Shown piece after piece: positions 50,044 through 62,475 of a stretch of 64,000 nt of DNA. Source of the stretch: Malacoraja senta. Lineage: Eukaryota. Numbering within the stretch: the first letter of the stretch is position 1; each line of letters begins with the position of its first letter. The notes under the pieces were generated by a model. That model was not told the origin of the DNA, did no database searches, and worked only from the letters and a program-made list of their open reading frames with translations. Position numbers and translations under genes: made by a program. The stretch lies in NCBI GenBank assembly GCA_038087875.1, contig CM075990.1, forward strand, positions 5,272,001-5,336,000, read 5' to 3'.

Positions 50044-53000
50044 TTAAGGGAAGTTAAGGTTAAGTTAAAGTTAAGGGAAGTTACTAGTGCAAGTTAAGGC
50101 AACACCTGCCAATATCAAATATGGAATGGCAGGGTTTCACCTTCACGTATCTTGTTAGATTAAATATATTTTTCCATATCGTTCCATGTCTCAGGATATG
50201 ATATTTTTGGAGATTAAAGAAAAGCTAGGTTTAGGTCAGTGTGTTTGGCGAAAATTGTAGGAATTAATCTAGGGTGCGTTCAGGGTAAATTGCAGGGAAA
50301 GAATAGGGAAGTGGAGTGGACTTGATGGGCCGAATGATCTAATTCTGCTGAAGATAGACACAAAAAGCTGGAGGAACTCAGCGGGACAGGCAGCATCTCT
50401 GGAGAGAAGGAATGGGTAACGTTTTGGGTTGAGACCCTTCTTCAGACTAATTCTGCTCCTGTGTCTTATAACTTGGAAGTAGTTGGTGAAATGTGTACTC
50501 AGTGAATTGGAGGTGTTACGCTAAGTGCGTGCATTGAGAAAATGAAAAGACAGAATTTTAAAATATACCTCATAAATTAGAAGGGTTAGTCTGGATTGCA
50601 TATTGAATAATTTGGAGGGTTTTGTCTAGAGTGGTCTCTAGTGAGTTCGTGGGATTCCTCAGTGTTATGTAAAAATAAGTTGCGGATTAGTCTGGTTTAT
50701 ATAGTGTATCCCCTTATCAGGAAAGTACACTTAAAATATTGATGGGGAAACAGGAGACTGGATTCTTAAGGAAAAACAAACTGCTGAAGGAACTCAGTGT
50801 GTTAGGCAGCATCTGTGGAGGGAAATGGATAAGCAACATTTCGGAGTGGGACCCTTCTTCATCTTAATAAAATATTGATGAGTTCTTTGATCAAATTGGA
50901 TCGTACTGCAAACCCGGCTCAACATTTGGTATTAAACACATAAAATGCTGGAAATACTCGCCAGGTTGGGAATCATCTGCAGAAAGAGAGATTGTAAATG
51001 CTTCACTTTTTCCCCTTTATTTGTGCGTGCGTGCGTGCGTGCGTGTGGCCTCCCACACTGTGACAAGGCCTAACACAAGCCTGAGGAACAGCACCTCATC
51101 CTCTATCTGGGCAAATAGCACCCTTCTAAACTCACTATAAATCATTTTACTTTAGCTTAGATTTAGAGATACAGGAAACAAGCCCTTTGGCTTACAAGTC
51201 TGCACCGACCAGCGACCACCCCATACACTAGTTCTATCCTACACTCCAATAGTCAATAATCAATAATCAGAGTTATTCGTCACATGCACAGTAAAGTGCA
51301 GTGAAATGAACTTGCCAGCAGCGGTATAATTTATAAAATAACACACAATACACGACAAAAATTTAACACAAACATCCATCACAGCATTCATCACTGTGGT
51401 GGAAGGCCAAAGTTTAGTCAGTCCACCTCCATTTCCCCCCGTGGTCGGGACCATAAACCTCCGCAGTCACCGCAGCGGGCGGCCAGATGTGCAGACAAGG
51501 TAAGTCCCGAATCGGTGCTTCCCTACCAAAGACCGCGGCTTCAAGATGTTGTAGGCCGCGGGCCGGCGGTCGGATCTTTTCCATGGGATCCCCGGAGAGG
51601 GATCCCGCTCCGGATTGTAAGTCCTCGCTGCGCCCACAGTTAGATGCACCGCCACAGTCCGCGGCCTCTAGATGATGTAGGCTGCGGGCCGGCGGTCGGA
51701 GCTCCTCTCCTCCGGGGTCCCCAAAGAGGGATCCCAGGCTCCAGATGCCGCTCCAGCTGGAAGCTCCGCAGACTGCGGCTTCAGGGTGCCGCGGGCCAGT
51801 GATCGGAGCACTCCCTTGTGGCGACCCTCGGCAAGCGCTCGCCCACTCTGCGTTGAAAAAGTCCACGCTGCGCCCGCTGCTGAAGCAGCGGGCCCATCTC
51901 TGGGAAAGGCTGCACCAATCCTTTGTGTTAGGCCGCGAGGGAGGCGACACGGAAAAAGTCGCCTCTCCATGGAGGAGGCGACCGAAGCGGTTTCCCCCTT
52001 ACCCCACCACACCACCCCCCACGCAAGACACACCGAGAAACATTAAAAACATGCATTGGGACACACTAAAAAAACAAAAAAATTAGAAAATGACTAACAC
52101 GCTGCTGGCAGGGCAGCCGGCTCGCAGCGCCCCCAATCGTCCAGCGACAATTTACAGAATCCAATTAACCTACAAAGCCACATGTCGTTGGAATGTGGGA
52201 GGAAACCAGGGCACCCGGAGGAAACCCACGTGGTCACAGGGAGAATGTACAAACTCTGTACAGATAGCACCTGAGGTCAGGATTGAACTCGGGTCTCTGG
52301 CGCTGTAAGACAGCAACTCCACCACCGTGCCACGGGGCCACCTTTGCTTTAGGTAACTCATTCTTTTTTTCTGTATCAGAACAGAGCATTCTTTGCCTAT
52401 AATCACAATGGCTCAGTTTCTTGTACACACTCTGATCTGCTGAGCATGTCCCATAGCCTTGCTATTAAAAGACACACAATGTCTTGTGCTATATTGATTC
52501 ATTTGGACACTGTATTAAAGATGTTCCCTTAGTGCTCTCCCTAGCTTCTCTGCTACTGAAAAGTTATTTGTTTTCTGTCTCTTTCCTAGTTCTGAAAAGG
52601 GGTCCCAGACCTAAATTGTGGACTTTCCTTTTGCACAGATGCTGCCTGACCCACTGAGTGTGTCCAGCATTTTCTGTTTTTTTTAATTTTCATTCATCAT
52701 TCATTAATGGCATGGCACAGTGGCGTAGTGGTAGAGTTGCTGCCTTACAGTGCCAGAGACCCGGGTTTGATCCTGACTATGGGTGCTTGTCTGTACGGAG
52801 TTTGCACGTTCTCCCCGCGACCTGCAGGATCTCCGGTTTCCTCCCACACCCCAAAGACGTACAGGTTTGTAGGTTAATTGGCTTGGTATAATTATAAACT
52901 GTCCCTAGTGTGTGTGGGATAGTGTAAGTGTGCGGGGATCTCTGGTCGGCATGGACACGGTGGGCTGAAAGGCCTGTTTCCGAGCTGTATTTCTACACTA

Positions 53001-53454
53001 AACTAAACAAAACTTGTGCAGAAATAGTGTCCTGATTTCAACACAAACATTGGTGAAATTGTAACTTCCTCGTACCACAGAGGCCTAAGGCTTTCTTTAT
53101 CTTGGAGGTATATTAAAATGAATTTCTTTGTAGCTCACTCCAGAAAGTTTAACTTGGGATCCTTGATGCATTAACTCTTTCATAAAGGATTATTCAGCTG
53201 CTTTCAGGCTGGTTTGTTAACATGTGACATGACCACATCAAAAGATTACTCAGAATGTCCTCCGGACTAGTTAATGTTAAATGAATGTTATGAATTCATT
53301 TTCTAAGGAACACAATGACAGTGCTCTGTATCCGGAGAACAGGTATGGAGCAGAGACTTGCCGAATGTTTTGATGGCATTTTTAGAATCTAAATTTGACA
53401 CTTTATCTAACTCCCTTATTTTGGGTTTCAATTAAAATTGTACGTTGTAAAAAT

Positions 53455-53977
53455 CGGGAGGAATTGCGGACAGTGAGGAGTGTTGTCAACAGATGCAAGG
53501 GGATGTAGAACGGCCGCAGAAATGGGCCGAGAGTTGGCAGATGGAGTTTATCCTGAGCAAGTGTGAGGTGTTGCACTGTGTGAGGTTGAATGGAAGGAGA
53601 CATTGTACAGTTAATGGCAAGCCCATTAACAGCATTGGTGGGCAGAGGGATCTTGGAGGGATCGAGGGAACAACAACCGGCTCCTCTCCCTGCGCTGTAG
53701 ATTGGAGCGGTTCAGGAGATCCTTCACCCCTGCAGCCATTAGATTTTATAATACTGACCGCTAGGCTGTATGGGGATGCTTTGCATTTTTAATAGTTAAT
53801 TATTGAGTCTTTTTAAGTATTTATTGCTTTCAGGTTTTGTCCATGTTGTATTTTATGTTTTTTTGTCTGCTTTCGTTCTGAATGTGTGGGTTTGTTGGTT
53901 GTTGGCTTCTGGACCTGAATTTCCCTGAGGGGATCAATAAAGTATTTATTATTATTATTATTATTATCATTATTATG

Positions 53978-54024
<47 letters not shown>

Positions 54025-54680
54025 GTTCATAAGTCATTAATGTTGGCTGCACAAGTAGATTGGGTGGTTAAGAAGGTGTATGGTATGCTTGGGGCATTGA
54101 ATATAAGAGTCTGGAGGTCATGATGCAGCTCTGTAGGACTTTGGTTTGGCTGCATTTGGAGTATTGCATGCAGTTCTGGTCGCCCCATTGCAGGAAAGAT
54201 CTGGAGACTTTGGAGAGGGCGCAGAAGAGGTTTATCAGAATGCCGCCTGGATTAGAGGGTTTCAGCTAGAAGGAGAGGTTGGATAGCCTTGGATTGTTTT
54301 CTCTGGAATGTCAGAGGTTGATGTAGAACTATGTGAGGCATAAATAAGGAAGACAGCCAGAACATTTGTTTCCCGGGGTGGAAATGTCTAACACTAGAGG
54401 TCACACCTATAAGGTGAGAGGGTGAAATTTAATGAAGATTTATGGGGCAAGTTTTATTACACGGAGAGTGGTGGGGACCTGAAATGCTCTGCCAGGGATG
54501 GTGATGGAGGCAGATACAACAGTAGCAGTTAAGAGGCTTTTGGATAGGCACATGGAAGTGCAGGGAATTGAGGGATATGGATACAGGCAGATGGGATCAG
54601 TTCAACTTGGCTTCATGTTCGGGACAATAATTGTGGTCCAAAGGTCCAATTCCTATCCTGTACTGTTCTATGTTCTATGA
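53455..54680 (+). mobile_element. CR1 LINE fragment, interrupted at about 53657-54040
   Basis: WAESWQMEF...KCEVLH, resuming at about 54040 with LEYCMQFWSP-like sequence and the 3' UTR. Confidence 0.8.
53944..54023. repeat. (TTA)n microsatellite, retroposon tail
   Basis: Seen directly. A similar tract lies at about 37646-37673. Confidence 0.9.
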
Positions 54681-54689
54681 TCTAGAATC

Positions 54690-55760
54690 CATTTACCCAT
54701 GATTGTGTAGCCAGACATCTTTCCATCACCATCTTTAAATTTGCCAATGACACCACCATAGTTGGATGGATAATGATGAGATGGTAGTCATATGTTTTAG
54801 AAGAAGTTGAAAATCTAATTAAAAGATGCCAGAACAACAATCTTGCTCCCAATGTCAGCAAGACCAAGCAGCTGACTTTATGTGTAGGAAGGAACTGCAG
54901 ATGCTGGTTTAAACCGTAGACACAAAAAGCTGGAGTAACTCAGCGGGGACGGGCAGCGTCTCTGGAGAGAAGGAATGGGTGACATTTTGGGTCAAGACCC
55001 TTCTTCAGACTGAGTTCCTCCAGCGTTTTGTGGAGTCAGAAGAAGGGTCACGACCCGGAACATCATCCATTCCAGGATGCTGCCTGTCCCAATGAGTTAC
55101 TCCAGCATTTTGTGTCTATCCAAGGAGTTGACTGTTGACTTTAAAAGGGGAAAGTCATGGATCCATTAACCTGACTTCATTGACGGATAGTCGGTGGAGA
55201 GAATCAACAACTTCCACTTCAAAATGCATCTCTGAAGATCTATCCTGGTCCCAGCACATAGATGTCATAAAGGAAGCCCATCAACGCTTTTGCTTCCTCA
55301 GAATATTGAGGAAATTCGGTATGTCGATGGATACTGTCTTCAACTCCTACAGCTCCTAAGGTAAAGAGTATATTGACTAGTGGCTTCACAGTCTAGCTTG
55401 GCAACTCAAACGCCCAGGAACAGAAAAAAGTGGAGGACACTACCCAGTCCATCAGTTCTGACCTCCCCACCAGCGAAGGGATCTACAGGAGTCGCTGCCT
55501 CAAAAAGGCAGCCAGCATCATCAAAGACCCACACCACCCTGGCCACACTCTCATTTCACCTCTATCATCGGGAAGAAGGTATAGGTGGCTGAAAACTGTG
55601 CCCACTGGTTTCTTCCCAACAACCATCAGGCTCTTGAACGCGACACAACTCTAACCTCAACTACGAACTATGGACTGTTTTTGTTTGCATTAAGGGCTTT
55701 GTATTTTGTTTGCACTAATACTCAGATTGTTATTATTTTTTTGTTTATCATATATAATAT
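54690..55760 (+). mobile_element. Rex1/Babar-type LINE fragment (interrupted)
   Basis: THDCVA..KFANDTTIVG, ISEDLSWSQH, LRILRKFGMS and IIKDPHHPGHTLISPLSSGRRYR. Confidence 0.8.
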
Positions 55761-55768
55761 CTATGGGT

Positions 55769-56128
55769 AAGAAGGAACTACAGATGCTGGAAAATCGAAG
55801 GTAGACAAAAATGCTGGAGAAACTCAGCGGGTGTGGCAGCATCTATGGAGCGAAGGAAATAGGCAACGTTTCGGCCCGAAACGTTGCCTATTTCCTTCGC
55901 TCCATAGATGCTGCCACACCCGCTGAGTTTCTGAAGGTCATAGGTACCAGAACACATTTGAGGCAGATGGTGAACAAATCAACACTAGAGATAAATTATA
56001 AAGAAGGAACTGTAGATGCTGGGTTACAAATAAAGACACAATGTGCTAGAGTAACTCAGCAAGTCAGGCAGCATCTCTGGTTTTGATGCTGCCTCACCCA
56101 CTGAGTTTCTCCAGCATTTTTGTCTACC
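55769..56128. mobile_element. Penelope-derived fold-back element carrying transduced flank
   Basis: Near-perfect palindrome centred on tttcggcccgaaa. Positions 55769-56080 are nearly identical to 59266-59577. Confidence 0.8.
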
Positions 56129-56635
56129 TAATATTATGGCTACTGTGTTCACAGGCCTGGTATGCTGCTTCCAGTCAGAATTTCATTATCCCGTTGTTAG
56201 TGAATGTGACAATTAAAAACTCTTGAAATACCATCCTGTAGCATATACTTTTTAAGCAGCATGTAAGTGAATGTTAGTTAACACATTCACTTTGCACAAA
56301 CTCATGATTAATAGGAAATCATTGGTGCCATTCCATGTACTTGACAAGCCAGCACATGCAGCAGACATTAAGTGATGAAAAATTCCGGGCAATATTTATA
56401 TTGCCTCTGCACACTGAAATTCAGTCATATGTTTCTGATTAAGATCTCGAGATTGAGATGTTCCCACTCCAGGTCTAAGTTTTCTATGATGGCTGATAAG
56501 GCCAATGAGGGATGTAAGGAATGTCGTGAGGCTCGATGGGGTGGACAGTGGTAATCGGTGCACAGTATCCATTGTTTATGCTGTGATTTTATCTCATCCC
56601 AAAGCATGGACTCGAGGGTCTCAGTGTGGAACTTA

Positions 56636-56830
56636 TGGGCCTGTCCCACTTAGGTGACTCTTTAGGCACCTGCCAGGGACTAGTTTTAATGGAATTCACC
56701 TACGACACCTGGCGACAACCTACGAGAACCTATGACAGCAAAAATTGTCGTCGCCGTTGCCGAAAAATGTTCAACATGTTGAAAATTTTGCAGCAGTCGC
56801 CTAAAGAATCGCCAAAGTGGGACAGGCCCA
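56636..56830. mobile_element. PIF/Harbinger-like MITE (short)
   Basis: tgggcctgtcccactt ... aagtgggacaggccca, TTA/TTA flanks. Confidence 0.78.
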
Positions 56831-58637
56831 TTAATCTTTCTTCTGCGTTTTGAGTGGACGTGCCAGGATTTCCAGGCGTAGGTGGGGATATTGCACTTGA
56901 TTAAGGGGATTTCAAAACATCCTTGAAGGGAGTCAAAGGACATGGGGTTAGTGCAGGAAAGTGGTCGTGAAGTGGAAAATCAGCTATGATCCTGATGAAT
57001 GGGAGAGCAATTTCAAAGGGCCAAACTCCAGCACCTATTACTTATGTTCATATGAATACTCTGTTAACCTGTGTTAATGCAAGTCAGAATCAGAATCAGT
57101 CAGATTTTATTCGCCAAGTATGTTTTGCAACATACGAGGAATTTCACTGGCCAGGTCAGTCATACAATTAAAAGCAACAGACTCAAAAACACATTTTAAC
57201 ATGAACATCCACCACAGTGACTCCTACACATTCCTCACTGTGATGGAAGGCAAAATAAAGTTCAAGTCCTTCCCTTGTGTTCTTCCTTGGTCGGGGGCCT
57301 CGAGCCCCGTTAACGGGATGATCTTGACTCCCGTAGCCAGTGGCGTTCGGGCCCTTCGCGTCGAGGCGTTCAGCTCCCGCATCGGGGGGTTGTCAGCTCC
57401 CCGCGCCGGGCGATCGAACCTCGCGTCGGGGCTGGTCGAGCCTTCTGCGGCGTTGGAGCTCCCGACTTGCCTCTCCGGAGACTGCGAGCCCTTGATTGTA
57501 AGTCTGCAGGCCGCGGTGGGAGCGATCCCAGGCAAGGGATCCGCTCCGATGCTAAGTCCGCGCCCCGCGTTGGGGCTCACGAGACTCCGAGGCGGCATTG
57601 AGATTGGATCTGTCGTGAACTCACTGATTAGGATCATAGCTTCTGTGCCATCATGAAGCAAATGTAAGAAGGATATTCATTTCAGCAGGCAGCTATATTT
57701 GAGGCCAATTCTCTACACTCCCTGATTGTCAGAGTCAGTAGTTGTAGTGACGTTGAAAGGCCATGCTGCTCCCTGCATTTCTCTTGGAGTTGTTACTTAA
57801 TAAAGATCATGTCCACTTTGCCTCCAAGTAGATGGAATCAGTGCGATTCAGGCAATGCGAAGAGTCCTGACCCAGAATCGTCACCAGAGATGCTGCCTGA
57901 CCCGCTGATACACTCCAGCACTTTGTGTCTATCTTCAGCTCATAGCCAGTGGTCGACAGAGGTTGAGGGGATGCTTGGTTGTATCTTTCGTTGTGGCAAA
58001 CTCCATAGGACATCCTTTGATGGTCAGAATAGTCCGAACTTTCTCCTTTCTTGAAGATGGTCATGATTACAGCATCAGTGAGGTTGCCAGAATTTTCTCA
58101 GAGATTTTTGGTTTCCTCCCACACTCCACTACAGATTTGTAGGTTAATTGGCTTTGTATAAAATGTAAAATTGTCTCGTGTGTGTGTGTGTAGTATAGTG
58201 TTAATGTGCAGGGATTGCTGGTCCGTGCAGGCTCGGTGGGCTCGGTGGGCTGAAGGGCCTGTTTCCGCGCTGTATCTCTAAACTAAACTAAGCTAAACTA
58301 AAAGTTTTCGAACTTGCTTAGTGATACCATCTGCTCCCACAAAGCCTAATTGCGGTTTGGTTCTCAAATGGCTCCCTCTTGCCCAGACCTGTCGGCAAGG
58401 TGAGACTGTATTTGCTGTGTTTGAGGAGATCTTCGATGTATTTCTCCCAGTTGCACTGACCGCCTTTCACTCCTTGTGCTTCACTTTAACTTCTGTTGTG
58501 GATTGTAAGTATTGGCTGCAGATGGTCCTGGTGGTGTTCAAGAATCCTTGCAAATCATGGTTATCAATGAATTGCTCGATATCCTGCGCTGTTTACTTCC
58601 ACTGTTCCTTAGCTTTCACTTTTGATTCCCTCTGTAG

Positions 58638-58721
58638 GACTTACAATGACTCATGTGATGAAAGCATTGGCCAAGATGAACACAAAAGATGTTGCACTTT
58701 AGATGAGATCCCATTGGTCAG
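58638..58721 (+). CDS. TMEM150A: TMEM150A-like coding exon 3 (TYNDSCDESIGQDEHKRCCTLDEIPLVS)
   Basis: Acceptor ttccctctgtag, 84 nt, phase 2-2, donor gtaaga. YNxSC and CCTLD-(I/V)PL motifs. N-glycosylation sequons NWT and NDS. Confidence 0.94.
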
Positions 58722-58749
58722 GTAAGATAACACCCAGTGCTATCATGAA

Positions 58750-59200
58750 TTTTTTTTTAAACATTTAAAAAAAATTCTTTATTAACAAAATAAAAGAAAA
58801 AAAGCAAGTGTGAAACATCATACAAAAAACAAAACAAGAATATTTATAAAGTGTCATAAACAATATCTATGAATAAATGAAATCGTATGTGTCCAAAAAA
58901 GAGCAGGAAGAAGCCTAAGTTTATTAATTCCCACCCCTTATTCAACTGCTTATAATTATCTTATACAAATTTAGCAGCTATATGTACACCATATGTACAC
59001 CAGCAGGGTTTTCCTCCAAAACCCAGCATTGTTTTTCTTTGCATTTATTCTATCAGGAATCAAAAGCGTTGCTTTTCTCGCAATAGTGCATAGGTTAAAC
59101 ATAGACAATAGAAATGCTAGAATAATAACATCCATTGTTCTCCTTCTGGTGAGGCATCAGAGTTTCTCCAGGTTGAGCAAAATGTTCTCTGCATTATTGA
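58750..59200 (-). mobile_element. Non-LTR retrotransposon 3' end (clade uncertain)
   Basis: Minus strand ends in a T-rich UTR, aataaa and an A-rich tail immediately after exon 3. Confidence 0.45.
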
Positions 59201-60344
59201 CCTGAAAAGTGGCTTGGTAGTGTCAATACTGACTGGTCAGGCCAAGTTCTGAAGGTCATATGTTCAAGAAGGAACTGCAGATGCTGGAAAATCGAAGGTA
59301 GACAAATATGCTGGAGAAACTCAGCGGGTGTGGCAGCATCTATGGAGCGAAGGAAATAGGCAACGTTTCGGCCCGAAACGTTGCCTATTTCCTTCGCTCC
59401 ATAGATACTGCCACACCCGCTGAGTTTCTGAAGGTCATAGGTACCAGAACACATTTGAGGCAGATGGGGAACAAATCAACACTAGAGATAAATTATAAAC
59501 AAGGAACTGTAGATGCTGGGTTACAAATAAAGACACAATGTGCTGGAGTAACTCAGCAAGTCAGGCAGCATCTCTGGAGAACATGAATAGGCGATGTGTA
59601 GGAAGAAATGGCAGATGTTGATTTACACTGAAGATAGACACAAAATGCTGGAGTAACTCAGCGGGACAGGCAGCATCTCTGGATAGAAGGAATGGGTGAC
59701 CCATTCACCCATTCTTTTTCTCCAGAGATGCTGCCTGTCCCGCTGAGTTACTCCAACATTTTGTGTCTATCTTCATGGATAGGTGATGTTTCGGGTCAGT
59801 CTGACGAGAGTCCCAACTGAAAACGTCATCTATCCATGTTCTGCAGACATGCTGCCTGACCCACTGAGTTACCCAGCATTTTGCGTGTGTTTTTTTACTA
59901 GAGATAAGTTAATCTGATCCCATCCTCACCAACGTGCTCAAGAATCTCCTAATCCTAGTCACGACACCATTGACAGGAATGTCCACGACATAGTCCTTGC
60001 GGGGATAAAGTCCCATCTTCACAAGTGCACTGTGCATAAAGCTAGGTGGCAATGTCCTTGTGCTCAATGGGATCCATTAAAAAAAAAATCTTGTTGCTCA
60101 AAACTGGGTGTTGAGAATCATCGTTAGTATCAGATTTATACTCCATTACAATTTGTAACCTCAAAGCCCGGCCTATCCCTTACTCCAGACTATTCCCAAT
60201 TAAGGGGATCAACCTAACTCATTGAGGAGCAGCACAAGGCATATCCAATGGAGGTGATCAGCCCGTGAAGCTGTAACACAGCAGTCCGTTCATTCTAAAC
60301 AGCATGTGGCCAGACAGAGCTGGGTAATCTCAGACTTTTACTTA

Positions 60345-60880
60345 TTTATGTTTTAATTTTTTTACCCCAAAATAATTGTCATCATCTTTTTACAAAAATG
60401 ATATGTACAATACAAAAATACAAACAAACCCACCATCATAATGCAAAATAAAGCAAATATTCTTCAATACTGAATATTAAATTACTATTTCCCCATCCTT
60501 ATTGAGGATACATTCCATCCCCCGCGGTGCCCAATGGCCACGGAAATCCCCCAGGGCGCCCATGGACAGCGCGTAGTCACTTTCTAGTACCACCCGGGTG
60601 CGGACTTAACCAAGGAAAAGGGGCAGGCAGCCAGCTCGGGCAGAGCCCTCTTCCACCTGGCGCTGTGACTCGCGGATGGCCAACTTGGCCAGGCCTAGGA
60701 GCAACCCAACCAGGACATCTTCGGCCCTTCCCTCTCCCCGACGCACAGGGTGTCCAATGATGAGGATGGTGGGTGTGAAGTTCAGCCAGAAGGCAAGGCG
60801 CAGCCCCTTTAGATATTGGAACAGGGGCTGCAACCTCACACACTCCATATACATGTGGAACATAGACTCTTCCAGCCCGC
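60345..60880 (-). mobile_element. Tx1/L1-clade LINE ORF2 C-terminus
   Basis: ESMFHMYMECVRLQPLFQYLKG...LLLGLAKLAI followed by a 3' UTR. Confidence 0.75.
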
Positions 60881-60904
60881 AGGTGGCAGGCGGCTGGCGA
60901 GTCT

Positions 60905-61125
60905 GCGAACCGCGATAATCTCAGCCTGGAGTGGCAACTGCTCTGCTATTGACCGCCTGAAGCTGCAGAGACTGGTGAACACAACCCAGTCCATCACAGG
61001 CTCGACACTTCCCTCCATCCAGTCCATCGTCACGGTGCGCTGCATCAGTGGAGTTGGAAGTCTCGTTGAGGATACCCACCACCCTGGCCATTCCATTTTC
61101 TCTCTTCCACCAACTGGAACCAGCT
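60905..61125 (+). mobile_element. Rex1/Babar-type LINE fragment
   Basis: SAWSGNCSAIDRLKLQRLVNT...DTHHPGHSIFSLPPTG. Confidence 0.75.
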
Positions 61126-61784
61126 TCTGGATAGGCTAGGTTTAGAGGGCTGTGGGCCAAGCGTGGGCAGGTGGGACTAGTGTGGATAGGGTGTGTAGGA
61201 AAGAACTGCAGATGCTGGTTTAAATCGAAGGTAGACACAAAATGCTGGAGTAACTCAGCGGGACAGACAGCATCTCTGGAGAGAAGGAATGGGTGACGTT
61301 TCGGGTCGAGACCCTTCTTCAGACTGTGTGATTATCAGTGTGGATAGGGCATGTTGGTCGGTGTGGGCAAATTGGGCCAAAGGGCCTGTTTCCACATTGT
61401 ATAACTCTTTAACTTTATGACTAGGAAGACATGGACTTTCAAATTCCTACATGTGTTTCTTACCTACTGCTGCCATGTACTCTAACTCTTAGCTCGACCT
61501 CATTCAGTTACTCTATCATTGCACTTGAATACATTTGCACTACTTCAGACTGCACTACAATCCTGCACCATTGTGCTCTTTTGTCACTGTATTTATTGTT
61601 GTGTTTTTTGTTACTGTATTTACACAGTTGATTCTGTGAGCTTCATGTGTGCAAGGAATTTTAAAGCCTCCTGCGTGGTTGGCAATAAACGAATCTGAAT
61701 CGGAATCTAGCCATAATAGCACGATTTGTGGACATTGAGACTCGTGAACTCGATCAAGAATTTGGTGATTGATGAGACTTCATT

Positions 61785-62177
61785 CCTTGGAGGATGAGGG
61801 GTGATCTTACAGAGGTGTACAAGATTATGTGGGGAATAGATCAGGTAAATGCACAGACGTTTGTCCAGAGTAGGGGAATTGAGAACCAGAAGACATAGAT
61901 TTAATGTGAGCGGGGAAATATTTAATAGAAACTTGAGGGGTAATTTTTTTACATAAAGAGTGGTGGGTATACAGAAAGAGCTGCCGGAGGAGGTGATTGA
62001 GGCAGGTACTATCAAAACATTTAGGAGATATTTGGACAGTTACATGGACAGTAAAGGTTTAGAGGGATATGAGCCAAGTTTGGGCTGGTGGGACTAATGT
62101 GGATGGAGCAGGTTGGTCGGCAGTGGCAAGTTGGGCCGATGGGCCTGTTTCCATGCTGTATGATTCTATGACTCTAT
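61785..62177 (+). mobile_element. CR1 LINE 3' fragment
   Basis: Homologous to 1384-1655 and 22152-22577. Confidence 0.8.
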
Positions 62178-62475
62178 TTCATAATTGAGTGGCTTACCAT
62201 AGTATGTATAGCACAGTATATGCTAGCGATTGGAAGGTCAGACATTCTGTAATACCAGATATCCCAACTGTAGTTTAAAAGACTTAACTTTCAAAATAAG
62301 TCGCACCTCCAGTCTTGCTGTAATTCTGGCATCTTGCCATTAATGCACTAAATTCCTCATGTATATTTGCCTTGACTAGTTCAGTTGAAAGTTCATGCTT
62401 TTGTTTGCATGAAGTTTGCTTTTGTTCAGACCGTTTCTGTCTCTGTCTCCCTCCCTCCCCCCTCTCTCCCTGCAG

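Noticed and set aside
51414..52086. Long overlapping GC-rich ORFs (also 57120-57661 and 4368-4688)
   Set aside because: Stop-poor because of GC content, open on both strands, within repeats, with no recognisable domain.
53813..54052. Poly-Asn / poly-Ile ORFs
   Set aside because: Translations of the (TTA)n microsatellite.
58321..58725. 134-aa ORF as a standalone gene
   Set aside because: Only its last 84 nt are the TMEM150A-like exon; the rest is intron.
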